Positions 56,579 through 64,000 of a stretch of 64,000 nt of DNA are shown piece by piece. This DNA comes from a virus. Within the stretch, counting starts at the first letter, position 1, and the number at the start of each line of letters is the position of its first letter. A program made the position numbers and the translations under genes. The stretch covers positions 1-64,000 of IMG/VR virus record IMGVR_UViG_3300045960_000114, one strand, 5' to 3'. Below the pieces are notes generated by a model. It was given only the letters and a program-made list of their open reading frames with translations, was not told the DNA's origin and ran no database searches.

Positions 56579-57084
56579 GCGTGAAGGCGTTCACACGCGG
56601 CATCTTGGACTATCCGGCGATCGACCAGCGTGACTGGAAGTGGTGGCTAAAAGAGGATCTGGCGTTGGCCGAACTGGAGGACGAGCAGATCACGGAGATG
56701 AACCGCCTGTCACATATGTGGCATTGTTCTGCCGCGCAGGTGACGGGTTGGGATGAGAAGGAGGATCTGTTCAACCACCACAAACGCCAGGCACATCACG
56801 CATACAACGTCATAGGCAAGGCCATTTTACCGTGGTATAAGAGTTGGAGATCAGAGGAAATAACTCTGGGTGAACTGTGGCGTCGGTTCAAGGAACAAGA
56901 GAAGGATCCGGCTTACGCGGCGGAACTTGCCAGGGACCGTGAAAGGCTGCGCCAGAAGGTTCGAGATACCGCAGCGGCTCAGACGCAGGAGCTTGAGATT
57001 GCCAAGGCACGCCGGGAGGCGGACAAGCAGCGTGAGCTGGCGGCCAAGGCACGCAGACCAAGGCGGGTGAAGTATGGCGCGTAA
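56554..57084 (+). CDS. T-like extension of the tail chaperone (likely reached by frameshift)
   Basis: -1 frame relative to the upstream gene; only a TTG with no clear SD at its 5' end. Confidence 0.6.
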   Translation: MASRWYKLSVKAFTRGILDYPAIDQRDWKWWLKEDLALAELEDEQITEMNRLSHMWHCSAAQVTGWDEKEDLFNHHKRQAHHAYNVIGKAILPWYKSWRSEEITLGELWRRFKEQEKDPAYAAELARDRERLRQKVRDTAAAQTQELEIAKARREADKQRELAAKARRPRRVKYGA

Positions 57085-58381
57085 ACTTGTCGGACACGAC
57101 GGGCCGGCGCCCAAGGGCGGCGGCAATGCGCAGATCAAAGCGCTTGCCGAGTCGATGTCGAAGTTTGCGAATGGCGCGTCTGTGGCGCCGGTCATAGTTA
57201 AGGTGCCGGAGCCCGGCAAACACACGCACACCCACACCGAGAAGGTAGGTCCGGCGACCGCAAAAACAGAACGTATAATTGAGCGGCTGCCTGCTGGTCT
57301 ATCATCCGACACCGAATCAGTACAGCGTGTGCTATCCCCCCACAACAAGAACGAGCCGCCTGCGGCTGGCCGCGCGCTGCAGCTGATGCGTGCGCAGCAG
57401 GACGTAGAGGCGGGAAAGGGTAAGCCTAACGCCGAGCTGACCCACATCACGCGACTGATCCGGGAGGGCGGCCATAAAGCGGCTGCGGGAGTACCTCCCG
57501 AACGAGTAAGGGAGATTCTTCAGAATACCACCAGTACGATCCAGCTACCTGGCCAGTCGAAGGACCCTGACGTACGCCTTATCAATCAGAAGTTCGAAGG
57601 GCCGCTGAATCTGGCGCGCAAACGACTGAACGCACCGGATACCGGCGTGCGTATGGGTGCAGCTCAGTCAGCGCCCGACAAGCCCGTATCTGAGAGCAAG
57701 GCGATCAATGACAAGCAGGTTGTGAACCGGCTGGTGAACATGGTTGAGACCAATGAGACGTCGCACATTGGTATGGCTGACCAGGAGGCCGGCAAACCGA
57801 ATAATACGGTGATGGGTATCGGTGGGGTCAACCCGGATGCGCCTCTGGGCAACAAGGGGTTTACGCGTGGCGGGTTGATAGACGCCAAAGGCAACGCACC
57901 TGGCTTTGACCCGCGCACTGATAGGTACATCGCCAAGCATGGGAGCCAGTCGATTCTCACGCCGGCGGGTAGCCCATCCAACTGGTCTGCAGTGACACGG
58001 ATTCATCCGTCTATCACAGGCGGGCTGGTTGGTGCCTCTGGTCCTGAGGGCGACGTGAGCATGGTTCACCCCACGCCGTCATTGGTTCCGCAAAGCAGTC
58101 CTGTCTCCGCTGCAAGAGGCGCTGATCGCGTGATCTCGAGACCGCAGGGAGGAAGTAGCTCTGCCAGTGCGCTGGCGCATACCGAGGACAAGGCTCCAGC
58201 TACTCCAATCCATCCGCATGACTCGCCGGCCACTGTTCGAGGGAATGCGCCTGAAGTCATGCGGGCTTCGGGTGGCAAGGAAAGCTCAAACAACCGCAGA
58301 AGGCTCGAAGGCACCCTGAAGCTGACTGGCATGGCCGGACAGACGCTCGGCGAAGCTCAGCTCAACGCGACGGAGATGTAG
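57074..58381 (+). CDS. Low-complexity protein at the tape-measure position
   Basis: 435 aa, Pro/Ala/Gly/Ser-rich; follows the G/GT pair. Confidence 0.4.
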   Translation: MARKLVGHDGPAPKGGGNAQIKALAESMSKFANGASVAPVIVKVPEPGKHTHTHTEKVGPATAKTERIIERLPAGLSSDTESVQRVLSPHNKNEPPAAGRALQLMRAQQDVEAGKGKPNAELTHITRLIREGGHKAAAGVPPERVREILQNTTSTIQLPGQSKDPDVRLINQKFEGPLNLARKRLNAPDTGVRMGAAQSAPDKPVSESKAINDKQVVNRLVNMVETNETSHIGMADQEAGKPNNTVMGIGGVNPDAPLGNKGFTRGGLIDAKGNAPGFDPRTDRYIAKHGSQSILTPAGSPSNWSAVTRIHPSITGGLVGASGPEGDVSMVHPTPSLVPQSSPVSAARGADRVISRPQGGSSSASALAHTEDKAPATPIHPHDSPATVRGNAPEVMRASGGKESSNNRRRLEGTLKLTGMAGQTLGEAQLNATEM

Positions 58382-58384
58382 TCT

Positions 58385-58867
58385 ATGCCGGACATCTTCA
58401 ACTCAAAGCCAGGGTTTGTCAGTGTCTTCACTGGCGGGTCCAACCAGGTGCTTCCCGGCAAGGTCAGGCTGGAGAATGAGAACAATCAAGCCTACGTCAT
58501 GGTGGGTGCGGATTATGACCAGGAGACGATCCAGCAATTCCAGCTGTCCATGCGCAAATCGGTCTACATCTATGTCTTTGGTGATGGCATGGGAAAGATC
58601 GTGCTGAACGGAATTCTTTTCGCTTCGACGTGTAATGGGGTCCAGGGTATGGGTGAAGTGATGCGACTCTACAACAAATACCGCGTCACCAGCGAGCAGC
58701 AAGGCGGTAAGCCTGTCAACGTCCAGCTCGACCTTGGACTGGATCAGAAGGTGATTCGGGGATACCTGACAGCGTTCACAATCAATATGAAAGGCGCTGG
58801 CTCCGACCCGGGTTCCCTCGGTCTGTTTGATTTCAGGATGACCATCAACACGCTTCCGGAGGGTTGA
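58385..58867 (+). CDS. Tube-like baseplate/tail initiator protein
   Basis: QFQLSM..SVYIYVFGD.MG.I.LNG.LF resembles tube-fold initiator proteins. Confidence 0.45.
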   Translation: MPDIFNSKPGFVSVFTGGSNQVLPGKVRLENENNQAYVMVGADYDQETIQQFQLSMRKSVYIYVFGDGMGKIVLNGILFASTCNGVQGMGEVMRLYNKYRVTSEQQGGKPVNVQLDLGLDQKVIRGYLTAFTINMKGAGSDPGSLGLFDFRMTINTLPEG

Positions 58868-58868
58868 T

Positions 58869-59690
58869 ATGATCAACCATGCGCGCACACTGCTGCTTAA
58901 CAAGGACGGAAACAAGCGTCCAGGTACCGATTTCTATCTGGAGGAGTTTGTCGATCCGACGTTCCGGGTTTTGAGCTATTCCCAGGAGTTGACGGAGCTG
59001 CGCACCGTGCTTGTAGGCCGTTCACCCGATGATGGTTATCTCAACTTCCGCCTCAGGCAGTACATGACTCTGTTAGACAGCACAGAATTCGTAACGTACG
59101 TAGAGGCGCTCGATCCGCGCATCACGTACACAGGCCAGTCACCTGACGTTCAGCGCACCTACAATAAAGCCACAGCCCTGCAGGCTGAGCCGACCAGCAG
59201 CTCGTCGTCTTCGTCCTCTCCGAGCAGCGGAAGCGGCGATATCCTATTCGTGGGTGACATCGTGACGCTACCCTCAGTCGTCTATTATAAGTGGCGAATC
59301 GACGTGATTGCCCCGTTCGTGGTGAGAACCACGTTCAATCGGACTCAGCAGTATGTCGATACGGTTGTGACCATTTCGGATGGCATCACCAGCCCGATCG
59401 CCATGGCGGGTCAGCCCTCGTTCAACGTCAGAATCCGAGAGAATGTTTCCCTGCGCCCGGGTGACGCGTGGAACATCGAGTCATTCGTCGCGCCGACTGA
59501 CGATATGGCGGGCGTCGTGACACAGCTTAATGAGACTAACCCTCAGTATCTCGGTTACGTTTTCCCGTCTACAGAGCCGTACAAGACGTTCAAGGACCTG
59601 TGGAAGAAGCAGGAGATACTGTCTTACCAACTCAGTGGCTTGCTCCTGGCGTGGATCTACCGTGCCGAGGAGGAGCGCTTGCATGGCTAG
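58869..59690 (+). CDS. Hypothetical baseplate-region protein with Ser8 tract
   Basis: MINHARTLLLN N-terminus; position in the tail module. Confidence 0.6.
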   Translation: MINHARTLLLNKDGNKRPGTDFYLEEFVDPTFRVLSYSQELTELRTVLVGRSPDDGYLNFRLRQYMTLLDSTEFVTYVEALDPRITYTGQSPDVQRTYNKATALQAEPTSSSSSSSSPSSGSGDILFVGDIVTLPSVVYYKWRIDVIAPFVVRTTFNRTQQYVDTVVTISDGITSPIAMAGQPSFNVRIRENVSLRPGDAWNIESFVAPTDDMAGVVTQLNETNPQYLGYVFPSTEPYKTFKDLWKKQEILSYQLSGLLLAWIYRAEEERLHG

Positions 59691-61347
59691 TGGGCTGCGT
59701 AACGGGTATGTGATCAAAGTCACTGGCCACGTGATTCTGGGTGGCAAGGACTACGACATATCCAAAGTGGATATTGAATTCTCGCTTGGCGATGTTGGCC
59801 GGGCTGAAGTCTATATACCCGTAGGGCGTGTTGCTAAGAGTTCTAGCAACATGAACTCCATCTCCACTTCCAACGGAATGCTCGACACGATCGGCCCGAT
59901 GACACCAGCTGAAGTGCGGCTGAAATTCGAGCCGAAGGGTCAGGGCGCACCCAAGGGACGAAACTTGGGCTTTCCCGCGAACAAAGATTTTGCGGTATTT
60001 AAGGGATTCGTGCAATCTCCGGGTCAGACCAGGATTTACGGCGGTACGGCGAACATGGTGGTTAAACTGTTTGGGTTCTTAGGCAGTTTGGCTGGTGCAT
60101 CATCTTTTAACAGCGGGTTCAGGCTGTTACCTTCGGCTAATTCTGCTGTGCCAGTTCTCGTCGGGTACTCGAGTAGTTCAATGGCTGATAATATTGCTGA
60201 TTGGTACACGATTAACTTTGGCGAAAAGATCACGGAGAATATGTGGACGTTGGGTCTTTATGAAATGTTGAAGTACGCGATCGGTCAGAAGAACATGTGG
60301 AATCAACTTACAGCCGGAGCCGGGGCAACTCGTGCGGCGTTGGATAGAGTTAATGCAGGAGTTTATGGTGGATTTCCATTAAGGCTTCTCATGTTTAATA
60401 CATCCGCAAAATCGTTGGTAAGTAAGCAGATCACGCGTTTCTTTTCATACGCTATACATATGCTGTGGAAGTATGGCAAAGAGAGTGGGGGTAATTTTTT
60501 TACGGTAATAAAGCAGCTTGAGAATGCCTTTTTGTGGACGATGGTGCCAGGTATTAATAACGACGGGTTACTACCTCTCACGCAGATGCTTTCGCAGAGC
60601 TACATTACTGTGCATCCAGACGAGTATTTTGGTGAGTCGTTGGAGACGAGCTGGAACGAGGACGATTATAGCTACTTGACTGAAGTTGGCGTATTACCTG
60701 GCAATGCGAGTACGACCCCGTGGCAGGAATCTCCGACGAAGGCAAAATTTGTCGGATATGCGACGCTTAATGATATTGGGGTATCTGAAAAAGATTTATT
60801 AAAGTGGCCAGCCAGGGTAATGATTGCTCGCGCGCAACCATGGATGCTACCGCCATCCCCGTCAGCAAAAGATGGGAATAATGCTGGCGAGGAGCTGAAT
60901 GACATGTGGAGCCCTAAGTTGGCTGGCCGCGAAAAACCAGAGGATCAGCAGTGGTCTAAGCAGGAACTAGCCTATACAGAAGCACGACTGGGGTCTAACT
61001 ACGCTAAAGCTTGCCTGGTTAATGAGCTTTTTTATAACCGAAAGATGCGCTTTATGGGTAAGGCCAGGTTCGATATCTGCCCGGGCAGTACGATTGGCGT
61101 GGAGGTAGTAGAGGATCCGTTCTCAAACGTGAAACCGCAGGTGTTGTATGGCTTTGTTGAATACGTTAAGATAAATGTCGGGCTGGGTAACGGAAACCCG
61201 AATGCTTCAACCGTGTTTGGGTTGTCCAGTGTTCGTACGAAACCGGAGCACGAGCAGTACACAGTAAACAGTCATCCAATGTATCTGGCCTCCGGGAATC
61301 CGGCGGTGGGATTCAAGGGGGCTCCGCTGACGGAGGAGGCTAAATAA
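59683..61347 (+). CDS. Putative baseplate hub (gp27-like) protein
   Basis: Start reassigned to the ATG after GAGGAGGAG; C-terminal GKARFDICPGSTI.VE..LYG.V..V.I pattern. Confidence 0.45.
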   Translation: MASGLRNGYVIKVTGHVILGGKDYDISKVDIEFSLGDVGRAEVYIPVGRVAKSSSNMNSISTSNGMLDTIGPMTPAEVRLKFEPKGQGAPKGRNLGFPANKDFAVFKGFVQSPGQTRIYGGTANMVVKLFGFLGSLAGASSFNSGFRLLPSANSAVPVLVGYSSSSMADNIADWYTINFGEKITENMWTLGLYEMLKYAIGQKNMWNQLTAGAGATRAALDRVNAGVYGGFPLRLLMFNTSAKSLVSKQITRFFSYAIHMLWKYGKESGGNFFTVIKQLENAFLWTMVPGINNDGLLPLTQMLSQSYITVHPDEYFGESLETSWNEDDYSYLTEVGVLPGNASTTPWQESPTKAKFVGYATLNDIGVSEKDLLKWPARVMIARAQPWMLPPSPSAKDGNNAGEELNDMWSPKLAGREKPEDQQWSKQELAYTEARLGSNYAKACLVNELFYNRKMRFMGKARFDICPGSTIGVEVVEDPFSNVKPQVLYGFVEYVKINVGLGNGNPNASTVFGLSSVRTKPEHEQYTVNSHPMYLASGNPAVGFKGAPLTEEAK

Positions 61348-62139
61348 GTGATAAGCGATACTCCTGAGCACAAAGAGAACAACTTCCCCGTGTGGAAGCC
61401 GGAACCACCCAAGCGAAAGCCTTCCTTGGACGAGGTTTACAGCAAGTGGAAGATGGCACCCACGCCCGGCAACTTCTCGGAGCTGCTTGACTCGGCCAGG
61501 CCGGTGATGAACTCAGCGCTCACCACCTACGCAGGCGGCAACAAGTCGTACCTGGGCCACGCCAAGCTGCTGGCAGCCAAAGCTTTCAGGACATACGACC
61601 CGACCCGGGGAGTTAAGCTGCATACTCACCTGATCACGCAGATGCAGCCGCTCATGCGCACAGCGCGCGAGCACAACATGCCAGTTTACGTGCCGGAGCG
61701 TGTGAGCATCGAGGGTGCCCACCTCAGGCGGGCTGAGCGTGAGCTGAATGAAAAACTGGGTCGGGAACCAGCTGACACTGAGTTGGCGGATCACACCGGC
61801 CTATCCTTGAAACGAATCCTCCACATCCGGAAATTCAACCGAGGTGATGTACCTGAGTCTGGGTTGACCATGCGGGCAGAAGACGGTGAGGAGGAAGTTT
61901 TTCACCCGGCCATGGAGACGAAGGACCACAACAAGGTCTTCCTGGAGTACGTTCACCACGACCTGGACCCCATCAACCAGAAGATACTGGAGTGGAAGAC
62001 AGGGCTCAATGGAGTCAGGGTGTTGTCAAACAACGAGATCGCAAGGCGGCTGAAACTGTCACCCGCAGCCATTTCGCAGCGGTCGGCGAAGATCGCGCAG
62101 ATGGTGGCTGAAGCACAATCTACGGAGGGTTTGAAATGA
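61348..62139 (+). CDS. Sigma-70 family factor
   Basis: Region 2 (KAFRTYDPTRGVKLHTH), region 3 (LGREPADTELADHTG) and region 4 HTH (SNNEIARRLKLSPAAISQ). Confidence 0.85.
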   Translation: MISDTPEHKENNFPVWKPEPPKRKPSLDEVYSKWKMAPTPGNFSELLDSARPVMNSALTTYAGGNKSYLGHAKLLAAKAFRTYDPTRGVKLHTHLITQMQPLMRTAREHNMPVYVPERVSIEGAHLRRAERELNEKLGREPADTELADHTGLSLKRILHIRKFNRGDVPESGLTMRAEDGEEEVFHPAMETKDHNKVFLEYVHHDLDPINQKILEWKTGLNGVRVLSNNEIARRLKLSPAAISQRSAKIAQMVAEAQSTEGLK

Positions 62140-62573
62140 TCGACCCTCAACTTGAGCAAAGCGTCGTTCCATACATGATCCAGACGGAGAAGCGCATCTC
62201 GGAGAAGATGAAGGCCGGCGGCGACCGGCCCTGGCTCGATTTTGCTGATTACAAGGGACTGACTCCGGCGGGGAAGTTTGACTTTGCCAAACTGCACGAG
62301 AATTTCAACCGGAAGTCAGCCACGGATGATTACGCGAGCAAACGAAAACAACGGGATGCCCAGGTGAAGGACATCCAAACGTCCAAACTGTCGATCGACT
62401 TCCTGTCAGGCTGTGAGCGCGATTGGCGCATGCGCACGCGCAGCCGGGTCCGCATGTTCGTGCACGCAGAGGTCACCTCGCCGGCTGCCCTTGGCGACTC
62501 AGCTGGCCCGCTGCGGAAGAACACAATCGACTGGATGTCGAATATCATGGTTGAGGAGCCAGACAAGCAATGA
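62136..62573 (+). CDS. Hypothetical protein
   Basis: ATGA overlaps on both sides. Confidence 0.65.
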   Translation: MIDPQLEQSVVPYMIQTEKRISEKMKAGGDRPWLDFADYKGLTPAGKFDFAKLHENFNRKSATDDYASKRKQRDAQVKDIQTSKLSIDFLSGCERDWRMRTRSRVRMFVHAEVTSPAALGDSAGPLRKNTIDWMSNIMVEEPDKQ

Positions 62574-63043
62574 GCACTTCAACCAACTACAGCGGCAGGA
62601 CGGTTGACCTGCTGATTTTTCAAAACACGAAGCCCTCTGGAAACCAGAAGATCTTCATGGGATTCGGCACGGGCGGTGAGTTGACGACTGGCGTCCAGAA
62701 GGTGTCGCAGACCTTCACCACGATCCTGCTGACTGACATAGGCTCGGTGTACGACCAGCCTGATTACGGGACCGATCTGATACTGTCCATACAGTCTGGA
62801 CAGACGCAGAACGGAAGCGATCTCGAATCGGCGTTCAACATCGCAGCGGCGGCTGCAAAGTCGATCATGGATCAGGCCGCCGAAGATGCAGGTGCGCCGC
62901 CAGATGAGCGCTTGAGCACGGCTGTGCTCTCGGACTACATCCTGGACAAGAACAGTGGGAAGATCGTATTGACCGTGGTGATCACCACGGAGGCCGGTGC
63001 AAGTGCGACCATCTACCTGCCTGTGAGTGTGCCCATCACATGA
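62570..63043 (+). CDS. Baseplate wedge subunit, gp25-like
   Basis: TGVQKVSQ.F..ILLT..GS...P.YGT.L and DERL..A.L pattern. Confidence 0.6.
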   Translation: MSTSTNYSGRTVDLLIFQNTKPSGNQKIFMGFGTGGELTTGVQKVSQTFTTILLTDIGSVYDQPDYGTDLILSIQSGQTQNGSDLESAFNIAAAAAKSIMDQAAEDAGAPPDERLSTAVLSDYILDKNSGKIVLTVVITTEAGASATIYLPVSVPIT

Positions 63044-64000
63044 ACATGCGCGACCTGAAAGCGTCGTTGTATAAACGGGTGCTGACCAAGCGGGCGGCGC
63101 TGAAGCCCGACATCACCCTGCTGCCGCACCAGGAACGCGTGGTGTCCAAATGGCAGGGCGAGGACCAGCCGCCGGGCATGCTGGTCTATCACGGGCTGGG
63201 CAGCGGCAAGACCCCCACGTCGATCGCCGTCGGCGAGTCCATGCCGGGCATCAAGAACGTGGTCGTGCCTGCCGCGCTGCGCGAGAACTACCGCAAGCAG
63301 CTGCGCCAGTTCTCCACCGACCCTCGCAAGTACCATGTCATGTCTTACGAAGAGGCATTGAAAGGCAAGCCGGAATCATCGCTCACCGTTTTCGACGAGG
63401 CGCATCGGATGGGACGTGAAGGGACAGCCATTAGTATGCTGCCCCGACGGATGACAGGTAGAAAGCTGCTGCTGACAGGCACCCCGGTACGTAACGAGCC
63501 GTCGGAGATCGTGCCGCTGCTCAAGGCCATCGCCCCGGATCGGCCCATCCCGAAGACGCAGGAGGCGTTCAATCAGCAGTTTATTCGCACGCAGCTGGTT
63601 CATCCCGACATCCTCACGCGGCTGTTCCTGGGGATCAAACCAGGCGAGCGGCAGGTGTTCACGGAGCCTGAGAAGTTCAAAAAGCTGGTTGAGGGGCGTG
63701 TCGACTACCAGCCGTCGAAAGGCGAGTTCCCGGGGTTTGATGAAAAGCACATCGACGTGGACATGACACCAGAGCAGTCGGATCTGTACCGGGGCGTGAT
63801 GAGTGGCAGTCCGATGGCCTGGAAGATCCGGCTCAACCTGCCGCCTAGCAAGGCAGAATCAGCCCGGCTGAACTCGTTTTTGTCGGGTGTGCGGCAGATC
63901 TCTAATAATCCCTCCGCTTACGACAAGCGGCTGGTGGGCGACCCTGTCGATCACTCCCCGAAGCTGCAGCGTATGGTGGATGACGTGCAGAAGGGGTTGA
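63040..64000 (+). CDS. SNF2/SF2 helicase N-terminal ATPase lobe (3' truncated), not in the ORF track
   Basis: LLPHQ (Q motif), HGLGSGKT (Walker A), FDEAH, LLTGTP..N; the frame is open to the window end. Confidence 0.9.
   Translation, partial: MNMRDLKASLYKRVLTKRAALKPDITLLPHQERVVSKWQGEDQPPGMLVYHGLGSGKTPTSIAVGESMPGIKNVVVPAALRENYRKQLRQFSTDPRKYHVMSYEEALKGKPESSLTVFDEAHRMGREGTAISMLPRRMTGRKLLLTGTPVRNEPSEIVPLLKAIAPDRPIPKTQEAFNQQFIRTQLVHPDILTRLFLGIKPGERQVFTEPEKFKKLVEGRVDYQPSKGEFPGFDEKHIDVDMTPEQSDLYRGVMSGSPMAWKIRLNLPPSKAESARLNSFLSGVRQISNNPSAYDKRLVGDPVDHSPKLQRMVDDVQKGL

Noticed and set aside
59530-59682. TTG-start N-terminal extension of the hub-like ORF; likewise the longer starts listed for ORFs at 20152, 31950, 32790, 36435, 45568, 46472, 49523 and 52395
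   Set aside because: Most overlap the upstream gene or a hairpin, and a downstream ATG, usually with a good SD, fits better.
49574-63043. Extracellular contractile injection system (Afp/PVC-like) rather than phage tail
   Set aside because: It is contiguous with prohead protease, scaffold, capsid and neck genes.
1-64000. Eukaryotic giant-virus origin (SET, RCC1, SNF2, multisubunit RNAP)
   Set aside because: SD sequences, ATGA-coupled operons, a sigma-70 factor, an HK97-type head module and a contractile sheath and tube indicate a bacteriophage.
1-64000. tRNA, rRNA or structured ncRNA genes
   Set aside because: Intergenic gaps are short (mostly under 130 bp), and I saw no cloverleaf or rRNA signature.

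Overview
The window is a gene-dense, GC-rich segment of a large (probably jumbo) contractile-tailed phage genome, inferred from Shine-Dalgarno-led, tightly overlapping genes plus a capsid, sheath and tube gene set. Layout: (i) 1-2975, tail-fibre and surface genes; (ii) 3003-11240 (minus strand) and 16210-18495 (plus strand), a glycosyltransferase, methyltransferase and radical-SAM modification locus that brackets a Ser/Gly-repeat fibre-like gene and two 7-bladed RCC1-type propellers; (iii) 18686-38625, a phage-encoded multisubunit RNA polymerase (beta fused to the N-half of beta-prime, with the beta-prime C-half as a separate gene) among many small glycine-zipper or low-complexity proteins; (iv) 38618-43371, prohead protease, scaffold and major capsid protein; (v) 43445-63043, neck, sheath, tube, baseplate, a probable -1 frameshifted tail chaperone pair and a sigma-70-type factor; (vi) a SNF2-type helicase running off the right edge. 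The most striking unexplained signal is a recurring hydrophobic-x-K-x-A motif. It ends short N-terminal leaders of at least a dozen non-tail proteins and sits at the boundaries of a SET domain and a 2H phosphoesterase embedded in-frame in the RNAP beta subunit. This suggests a protease-directed capsid-cargo and polyprotein system. All product calls come from motif recognition by eye; no database searches were run.
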